Shown here piece by piece: positions 1 through 6,887 of a stretch of DNA of 12,255 bases. The stretch's first letter is position 1. Every line of letters starts with the position of its first letter. The position numbers were made by a program, and so were the translations under genes. The notes under the pieces are model-generated. The model made no database searches. It was not told the origin of the DNA and saw only the letters and a program-made list of their open reading frames with translations. Origin of the DNA: Fonticula alba ATCC 38817 (taxonomy: Eukaryota; Protista; Nucleariida); the NCBI GenBank assembly GCA_000388065.2, contig KB932207.1, one strand, 5' to 3'.

Positions 1-30
1 CCCCCCCGGATGCGTCTCCCCCGTTGCCAG

Positions 31-1020
31 TTCACCGATGGCTACTCCGTCTCCTCTGTGGCGTCGAGCCTCCTCAACACGCTGGCCCGAGAGGACACCG
101 AGGAGATCGACTTTGCCATCCGGTACCTGGACCTGGCCGTGGAGCGGGGCATCCTGAGTGCCCAGCTGACCGCCACGCAGCTGTACTCCGGTCTTGCGGA
201 CTACCCGTGTGTGGAGGGCCGCGACCGGGACCTGCCGCGGGCCGTGCGCACCGGCTGCATGGCCGCCGACAATGGCTGCCTCACGTCGATGTTCATCGTT
301 TGTCACCACTTCTCCTTCGGCCTGCTGCGCGATGGGGGCATCTGTCTCGATGGCGAGGGTGCCGGCGAGGATGAGGATGACAGCACCCCGGCCGGGGCCG
401 TTCGTCACCCGGCGGAGCAGGTCCTCCTCTTCCCGGACTGGTTTGCCGCCTCGCGCCTGTACCTGCATTACATCATGCTGTCGGAGGATGTGCCGGCCAC
501 TTCGCTGGCCCAGTACCTGCCGTCCATGATCAGCCGTCTGGGGTCCATGTACCTGGCTGGTGGCCATGGCCTGCTGCGGTCCATCCGCTCGGCTGTTCCC
601 TTCCTGGAGATGGCCCACCGCATGGGTGATCTGGAGTCCACCGGGCGTCTGGCCTTCATCTATGCCTTCGCCGGGTATCCGTACATCCCCCGCGACCTGC
701 AGCGTGCCCAGGTGTACTTCAGCATCATCCGCCGCTTCGATCCCTCTTTCCCGATGCCCTCGACTCAGGAGCTGAACGCCAAGTACCGCGACTACAAGAA
801 GGCCATGGATGAGAAGATGGGCATTTCCCAGCCGGCGTCCTCCTCGAGCTCTGGCAAGAAGAAGTCCAAGCGCCCTGCCGGGACCAAGGATGGCAAGGAT
901 GCCACCAAGAAGGACGCCAAGGGCGAGGAGTCTTCCTTCCCGTGGATCATCCCCGCCTCGGTGGCCGCTGTGGCCGCTGTGTCGATGGTTGTCGCCGGCC
1001 TGCTGATGTCCCGCCGTTAA
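31..1020 (+). CDS. 3' (last) exon of a Sel1-like repeat (SLR) protein with a C-terminal transmembrane/tail anchor; 5' part probably lies upstream of the window
   Basis: Open frame with strong C/G-ending codon bias to TAA 1018-1020. SLR-like motifs: FAIRYLDLAVERG / ILSAQLTATQLYSG..RDRDLPRAVRTGCMAADNG / CLTSMFIVCHHFSFG / SMISRLGSMYLAGGHGLLRSIRSAVPFLEMAHRMG / DLESTGRLAFIYAFAGYPYIPRDLQRAQVYF. These are followed by a Lys/Ser-rich linker and hydrophobic WIIPASVAAVAAVSMVVAGLLM-SRR*. Positions 1-30 are a C-rich tract ending in CCAG, read as a phase-0 acceptor, so the ATG at 10 is probably intronic. Confidence 0.85.
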   Translation, partial: FTDGYSVSSVASSLLNTLAREDTEEIDFAIRYLDLAVERGILSAQLTATQLYSGLADYPCVEGRDRDLPRAVRTGCMAADNGCLTSMFIVCHHFSFGLLRDGGICLDGEGAGEDEDDSTPAGAVRHPAEQVLLFPDWFAASRLYLHYIMLSEDVPATSLAQYLPSMISRLGSMYLAGGHGLLRSIRSAVPFLEMAHRMGDLESTGRLAFIYAFAGYPYIPRDLQRAQVYFSIIRRFDPSFPMPSTQELNAKYRDYKKAMDEKMGISQPASSSSSGKKKSKRPAGTKDGKDATKKDAKGEESSFPWIIPASVAAVAAVSMVVAGLLMSRR

Positions 1021-1025
1021 GGGGC

Positions 1026-1028
<3 letters not shown>

Positions 1029-1056
<28 letters not shown>

Positions 1057-1057
1057 G

Positions 1058-1108
<51 letters not shown>
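1029..1108. repeat. (AC)14 microsatellite (1029-1056) followed by a C51 homopolymer (1058-1108)
   Basis: Directly visible in the sequence, starting 8 nt after the Sel1-gene stop codon. Confidence 0.95.
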
Positions 1109-1110
<2 letters not shown>

Positions 1111-1582
1111 GAGCATGGTGCTGCGAACAAAGGGCCGCACAGGGACCCGAGATCAAGGGGAGTGTGGGGGACAGCGCGGAGCGGAAGACCGCACGCACCG
1201 GCGCACGTCCGCGGGCGTGCATCTTTCCCTCCCTCATCTGTCACGTCCTCCCTTCCCTCGCTCTCCGTTTCTCGTTCCCTTGCGAATGCTCCCTTTCCTT
1301 CGTGTCTCTCTGCTCTCTATCTCTCCCCCTCTCTCCCCCTTTTGCCTTTGTCGACCGGTGTGGCAGAGGAGGGGCCACCTTGGGAGGAGGGGCCTTTCCC
1401 AGGGACGGGCTGGCGTGTATCTCTCCTCTCGATTCCCCAGCCGCCGCCCGATCCCTCCTTTCTCTTCCGCCCCCTCCCCCGTGTCCCCTGTTTTTTTTCT
1501 TTTCCCCCCACGCGTGCGTACGCACTGGGGCGTGCCGCCGCCCACACCCAGCGCAGGGGGCCACGCACATGCATTCGTGCGC

Positions 1583-1609
1583 GCACGCACGCACGCACGC
1601 ACGCACGCA
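1583..1609. repeat. (GCAC)6+ tetranucleotide microsatellite
   Basis: gcacgcacgcacgcacgcacgcacgca directly visible. Confidence 0.9.
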
Positions 1610-1739
1610 AATATAGATTTCTTCGCAAACCAACCAGCACACGCCGCGATCCCCTCTCGGGGCATGTGGCAGGGGGCCCACAATGCACGGCGGCGACATC
1701 TTGTCTTCTTCCCCCCTCGCCGCTCTTTTGGATTGCCAG

Positions 1740-1960
1740 AGCCGCAGCACCCGCCCGGGGGTTGTGGCGCGGGTCACAAAGGGCTAACGAGGCCTCTCAC
1801 GAGACTGCGCGTGATCTACGCGCCATGGACAATAATACCATTCCGCTGGATTTTCGGCCAACTCCGTTCGTACCCCGATCCCCAAATTCCCGGGGGGCCT
1901 GGCTGGTCGATGCTATTCGAGCTTCCGAGGGCCTCCGGCTGCGCCTGTTCCCGGGGGAGG
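1740..1960 (+). CDS. Possible exon of an unrecognised (orphan) gene; full gene structure unresolved
   Basis: A pyrimidine tract ending TTGCCAG at 1739 is followed by a frame with gene-like codon use: ..RANEASHETARDLRAMDNNTIPLDFRPTPFVPRSPNSRGAWLVDAIRASEGLRLRLFPGEG. It includes gcgccATGg at 1825. No homology recognised. Confidence 0.25.
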
Positions 1961-3018
1961 GAAGGCCTGCCGGGTCCCGCGCCCCCCGCCCCCCGCCCAC
2001 GCACATGTACGCCTTTTGGGCTCGGTCGTGTGGCGGTGGCGAACGCGCCCCACAGATCTCTCCCGCACGTCCCCGCCCCAGAGAGGTCGAGAGGGTGCGG
2101 ACGAGGGAAGACGGGGTCCTGCGGGGCCGCCGCTGGCCGCCAGGAGAAGCCCCTGGTAGCAGGGCGCGCATGACCCCCGCGGCACCGATGGGTGGCGGCG
2201 CGGTTCTTTTCCCGAGGGCAAGGGCGATCTCCACGTTGCCCACCTTAGGCCCAAGACTTCCGTCGGGTGGAATTTATTCCTCCCGGCGACCGGGAGGGTT
2301 CGCCAACGGTCAGCCGGCTGGAGGGCGCGCGGGGGCGTCGGACCGACGAGGCCCGATTCCATTCGGGCCTTTACTCTGGCGGTGGCGGTGGCGGTGGTGG
2401 TGGGGCGCGAGGGGGCCGCGCGGATCGCCCCATATGCAGGGGCGGGGGGCCGCTTTTCTCCGGCCGCCAGTGGGTTCTGGCCACCTTCGGACTTGTCTGC
2501 TTCTCTGTGCCGCTGGTTGTCGGTCGGGCTTCTTCGGCCTGGCGGTCGAAGTGGGGCCCTGGTCCTGGAGTCTTGATGTGTGGCGGGCTTCCTTCTCGCT
2601 CTGGGCAGATGTATCCCATTTGATGAGCCGGGCACGCCCGCCGCACAGCTGCCAGGCGCGCGCGCCTGCACGCGATCGGCTGATCTCACCCTGTGCGGTT
2701 GTGGCCTTGCTTCGCTCCCCCCCCCCCCCCGGTTGACCAGGGTCCACCGGCAGCCGGGGGCGCATCCCCGCCGGCCGAGACTCGCGCGGAAAGAATAGCG
2801 CGACGCGGCCAGCTCTCCCCCTCCCCCGCTCGCCGCCTCCTTGGTCGCGGCCCTCTCCATCGGCTTGGGTGATGCGATCCGATTGCTTTTTTTTTGGGCG
2901 CTTTTTCAGCCATCAGCACCCGAATGGCTCATCTCCAGCCCATCAGCACCCCCTCCTATTGCTGCGCCTCTTTTGCCTTCCCTCATTCCTCCTCGCTCCT
3001 GCTGTGAAGCTGCGCGCC

Positions 3019-3423
3019 ATGTCCTCCAAGACCACCGCCACCACCCGGTCTGCGGCCGCTGCCGGTAACAAGGGCTCCTCCTCCTCACGGATCGTGATCC
3101 CTCCCTCCCCGCCGCTGGTTTTCAACTCCAGCCCCAAGGCCCTGTACCACCGCTATCGCCTGCTGTTCTCCCTCAACATGCTTGAGGCCTGGGAGGAGGC
3201 TCTTTTCAGTGCGTCCCCGCTTCTCTTTTTCCTATCGCTCCTCCGCCCCCCACTCCCCTTCCCTCCCCTTCGCTCCAGGATGTATTTCTCTGCTAATATC
3301 GTCGTTCTGCTTCCTCTCTCTCTCTCTCTCTCTCCCCTCGCCCGTCCGTCCACCTCCAACACAGCCTCCATTCTTGTCCTGGTGATTTCCCTGTCGCTGT
3401 ACCGCATCTTTACCCTCTTCTAA
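3019..3423 (+). CDS. SPTSSA: Serine palmitoyltransferase small regulatory subunit (ssSPT/SPTSS family), 82 aa; exons 3019-3208 and 3365-3423
   Basis: The spliced product ends ..LYHRYRLLFSLNMLEAWEEALFTSILVLVISLSLYRIFTLF*. This aligns without gaps to the ssSPT core I recall for human SPTSSA (FYYQYLLVTALYMLEPWERTVFNSMLVSIVGMALYTGYVF). A GT..AG intron separates the two halves in compatible phase. Confidence 0.9.
   Translation: MSSKTTATTRSAAAAGNKGSSSSRIVIPPSPPLVFNSSPKALYHRYRLLFSLNMLEAWEEALFSASPLLFFLSLLRPPLPFPPLRSRMYFSANIVVLLPLSLSLSPLARPSTSNTASILVLVISLSLYRIFTLF
3209..3364 (+). other. Spliceosomal intron of the ssSPT gene (156 nt, phase 1)
   Basis: Donor A|GTGCGT, branch-like GCTAAT at about 3292-3297, (CT)10 tract at 3314-3333, acceptor ACAG|. 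Removing it restores the ssSPT alignment. Confidence 0.85.
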
Positions 3424-4005
3424 GAGAGGAATGTCACCGGGCAAGCCTCCCTCGTCTTCCCCCATATCCCACCTTGCAGGGTCCAGCCTCGATGCCGGCG
3501 CACGCATGGGCAGACTCACTCTCTCACAGACACACGCACACACACACACATGCGCATATGTGAGAGGCCACCCGTCGACATCTGCCAATGTCCTCCTGCC
3601 GCTTGGGAATGTGCCGGCCGGACGACTGGCTCCCCTCCTTCTTATTTTCCCCGCCAGGCGAGCAGGCCCTTGCCAAACTTCCCATCTTCCCCTCCACCGT
3701 CCTTGACCCTCTTCCTCCATCAACGTTGGGCAGTGGCCGCTGCTGATGCTCCTGGCCGGGCTGCCGATTTTCCCCGGTCAATATCCGCCCTCCGCCCTCC
3801 ATCTTAGTGGCCCCTGCCGCCCCATCTCCCCTTCTCGTGCATTCATGCCCCTGTGTGCCGAGATCCGCCCCCTCCCCCGCCTCCATCGCACTCGCCTGTA
3901 TAATACAAATGTCTCCACATCACGTGTACACACACATGCCCTCGCTCCATTTTTATGTTCATCATCTGGGACCGTCCTCCCTGCCCGATTGGCGAGGCCC
4001 ACGAG

Positions 4006-4168
4006 GTATGGCCTTGCATCCTCTCCTCATTGCCCCCCCGCCCCCCCTGCCCCCCTGTCCTCCCCCGCTGCCTCTTCCTTCGTCCTTCCGGCCCCTCGTT
4101 CTTTCTCCCTCTCCCTCCCTCTCCCTCCCTCCCTCTCCCCCTCTCCCCCTCTTTCCCTCCTCCGGCAG
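4006..4168 (+). other. Probable intron in the 5' leader (or N-terminal extension) of the Pth gene, 163 nt
   Basis: GAG|GTATGG donor, near-pure C/T body like the confirmed introns, and a GGCAG| acceptor 27 nt upstream of ATG 4196. Confidence 0.55.
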
Positions 4169-4195
4169 ACCCTCCCCATCCCCTCTCCCGCCATC

Positions 4196-5610
4196 ATGTC
4201 TACCCTTAACTTCCGGATCAGCGCCGCTGCGCGATCGCAGGTCCCGAAGGCACTGCTGGACCGTCTGGCCGCTGCCGAGCAGGCGGCCAAGCGCACCACT
4301 CCCAAGCTTATTTTCGGGCTTTGGAATCACAATACGCACCTGCTGCAGCGACACAATGTCGGGGCGCTGGTGCTCGATCACATTGCCCGGGCCTCGGGGG
4401 TCCCCTTCAAGCGCCCGACCGCTCGAGCGAGCTTTGAAGTGGCCAAAATCCCCCCCGCTGGGGTGGCCATGGCGTTGGCGTCGGCCCGGAAGCTGTTGGA
4501 GATCGGCTCGCTTGGCACGCCCCAGCGACCGGGAGTCAACCTGGAGTCTGCTGCCTCGTCGTCCTCCTCAAGCATGGGTCGGTCGCAGTCCATCTTTTCA
4601 CTGCCTACCGGCAGCATCAGTCCGGGGGAGGTGATTCTCGTGCGGAATGTCTCCTTCATGAACACCTGCGGGCCATCATTTCGCAATGCCAGTGCGTCAT
4701 CGACTCATCCGCCCCCCCTTTGGGAGAGATCCTTTGCAGAGATCCTTCGGCCACTGACCGTCCGAATCCCTTCACCAACGCCTCCTCGTCTCGCTATCCA
4801 TGGTCCTGGGCTCGTCGTGGCCCTCACCCGGCTGTCGTTCTGTGCCCCCCCCTTCCCTCCCTATCTATCTCTCTCTCTCTCTCCCTCTCTCCCTCTCTGA
4901 CAGTGAAAATCTTCAATGTCTCCGACCGCGAGTGTGTCATCGTCCAGGATGATTTGGACATTGCCTTCTCCGTCCTTTCGGTGAAGCAAGGCAGTGCCCG
5001 GTGTGTCCCATGCTTGTTCTCTTCCTCTCTTGTTGCCCCCCCCCCCCCTCCTCGCCCCGTTCAATCTTCCCCTTTGTTGCCCTCCTCGCCTGGCATCCTC
5101 CTCGCCCTCGGGGCGCCACTGACTCCGGAATCGATGTGTCTCAGTGGTCACAATGGCATCCGGTCAATTGTCGAGGCCACCGGCATGAAGGACCTCCTCC
5201 GACTGGGTATTGGTATTGGGAGGCCGCCCGCTAATGCGCGTGTAGCGGACTTTGTCCTGCGTAACTTTACCCCTACCGAAGCGTCAACCCTCATGAAGCA
5301 GTCCATCCCACAGGCGACCATCACACTGCTCGAGGAGGGCTTCCTGTGGCACCAGGCCGCCGACGAAGAGCTGAAGGCCGCTCGAAAGGCGGTGTCTGAA
5401 GCCGTGGGGCGCATGCGCCGGGAGCGTCGCAAGAAGGCCACCGAGGCCGCCGAGGCCGCCGAGGCCGCCGCTGTTGCCTTGGCATCCACCGAGCAGATCG
5501 CCGCCTCCGGGGGGACGGTCCCAGAGGGCCAGGATCTGGCCGCCGAGCAAGAGTCCCCCAACCAACTGACTGGACAGATCACGCCCCCGTCGATTGCCGC
5601 CGGTGCATAG
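4196..5610 (+). CDS. PTH1: Peptidyl-tRNA hydrolase, bacterial/mitochondrial Pth1 (PTRH1) family, about 352 aa; exons 4196-4691, 4904-5000, 5145-5610
   Basis: Ordered Pth motifs across the spliced exons: LIFGLWN (4307-4327), QRHNVG (4346-4363), SFMNTCG (4652-4672), VIVQDDLD (4936-4959), GSAR|GHNG across intron 2, then LRLGIGIGRP and VADFVLRNF. Equivalents of the catalytic Asn10, His20, Asn68, Asp93 and Asn114 (E. coli numbering) are present. Exon lengths sum to 1059 nt, a multiple of 3. Confidence 0.93.
4692..4903 (+). other. Pth intron 1 (212 nt, phase 1)
   Basis: A|GTGCGT donor, CACTGAC at 4752-4758, CT-rich tract, TGACAG| acceptor. Splicing joins FRNA-M-KIFNV in frame. Confidence 0.85.
5001..5144 (+). 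other. Pth intron 2 (144 nt, phase 2)
   Basis: CG|GTGTGT donor, CACTGAC at 5117-5123, CTCAG| acceptor. Splicing recreates the conserved GSARGHNG motif. Confidence 0.9.
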
Positions 5611-5622
5611 TCGACGTGACCA

Positions 5623-6887
5623 TCATATACACGTGACCGATTGTGGCCTAGGGTCCCAGGCTGTCGTTCTGCCGGGGTTTCCGGCGTCCGCTTGCCGGTT
5701 GAAAAATGCATAGCTCGAAATGCCCGCATAGCGAGAGATCAAGAGAGAGAGCGAGGCAGGGAGAAACCTTGCGGGGAGGCCGGGCCATCCTTGGGTGTGG
5801 AGGGCGGGGGGCCGGCGGGACGTGGCCGGGTGACAGGATGGGCAATGGTCCGCATGCGGGCTGTTGCAGCCGGCTTGAGGGATGGGCATGGGCATGGGCG
5901 TGTGGCGATGGTTTTGGCGCCGGCCACTGTAGAGGGTGTCGTGGGAGCTGCGCGCGCCTAGGGGCCACCCACTCGGCCGGCTCCTAGGCCCCTGTCCGGC
6001 GGACCTCGGGGCCCCTACCTGCCCGACGACACTGGGGGCGGGCCGGCTGCGGGACTTATTGGTTGTCCACGTCTCGGCCCGGAGGGCCCGCCAGGCGCAT
6101 TCCCTCGGGCTGCCTTTTTTCGAACCCCGAAATTGGGGGTCGTCAGTACCCGGCCCGGCTGTGGTGGTGACCGTGGTGATAGTTGGTTGGGAAGTGTGGG
6201 GATGTGGGGATGTGGGGATGTGGGTGTGGGCGTGGGTATGTGGGGCGGGGCGGGGCGGGGCGGGGTGGGGCGGGGCGGGGCGAGGAGGAGCGAGAGAAAG
6301 ACGAGGTCCGGCAGCATGGGCCCCCCTTACCTCCTGGAGCGGCGCAACCATCGGGCGATGCCGCCGGTCCCCACTTCTTCGTTCCTTGGGGGCCGGCAGG
6401 AGGTCCCGACTTGTCGGCTCTCCCCAGCCGAGATGATCTGTCGTTATTCTCTTGGGCCGGGGTTGATCATGTCTGCCCGTGGCGCTGTCCCGATGCCTGG
6501 GAGGCATGTTGGAGACGCGGATGGGGGGGGGGGGGTCGAGGCAAGGGCGGGGTCTTTTCTTCCTCGCGGAGTGTCGGCCGCTGCTCGTCTGTTGGGATCC
6601 CGCCGCGAGGTGGTAGTTGTGGGCAAAGATATGTTGAAAGGCGGCGGCCAAGGGACTGCTGATGCTTCCGTGCGGGCGGGGGACTACATCCTTCTTTGAT
6701 GTCTTTCGGTGTGGCGCTGAGGTGAATGCCTGTTGTGTGCGCCTTATTTCGTCGGGGGCCGATTCACCCGGACCGCCACGGGTACCGACCAGGATGACAT
6801 CATGCGTTGCTGCGATGACCCCCGGTTGCACGGTGCGGCTGGTGGGCGGCTCAACCGCGGTGACCATATGTGAGAGTATGAGCCCGT
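5623..6887 (-). CDS. Candidate 3' part of a multi-exon, Pro/Arg-rich orphan gene; proposed exons 6887-6331, 6158-6019, 5926-5623; upstream exons may extend to about 8240
   Basis: On the minus strand, donor GAG|GTAAGG at 6330 opens an intron that is C-rich on that strand and ends CACCACAG| at 6159. The next exon reads PGRVLTTPNFGVRKKAARG.. and ends AG|GTAGGG (6018). Acceptor CTACAG| (5927) restores the frame to TGA at 5623. Phases are compatible, but no homology is recognised and codon bias is moderate. Confidence 0.3.
6196..6281 (+). repeat. G-rich tandem array: (GTGGGGAT)3 at 6196-6219, GTGGG units, then about 8 x GGGGC at 6242-6281; strong G-quadruplex potential
   Basis: Directly visible. 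It contains more than ten runs of G3-G4 with 1-4 nt spacers. Confidence 0.9.

Noticed and set aside
10-30. ATG at 10 as the start of the Sel1 protein
   Set aside because: It lies in a C-rich tract ending in CAG with poor codon character and is better explained as the 3' end of an intron.
2621-2683. TGATGA ... CTGA pair at snoRNA-like spacing
   Set aside because: Box C lacks the leading purine, there is no terminal stem or C'/D' pair, and the interior is GC-rich with no recognisable guide.
942-2736. Long ORFs 942-1616, 1115-2173 and 1162-2736 as complete single-exon genes
   Set aside because: They run through homopolymers and microsatellites (poly-Pro, THTH, FPSLS tracts). Stop codons are rare in A-poor, GC-rich DNA, so length alone is not evidence.
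2869-4900. ORF-track proteins 2869-3423, 3746-4900 and 4720-5610 as real full-length products
   Set aside because: They are real exons fused to read-through introns and UTR; the spliced models match known families far better.
3019-5610. Functional link or operon-like clustering of ssSPT, Pth and the Sel1 protein
   Set aside because: This is eukaryotic DNA and the genes belong to unrelated pathways (sphingolipid synthesis, translation quality control); adjacency alone is no evidence.
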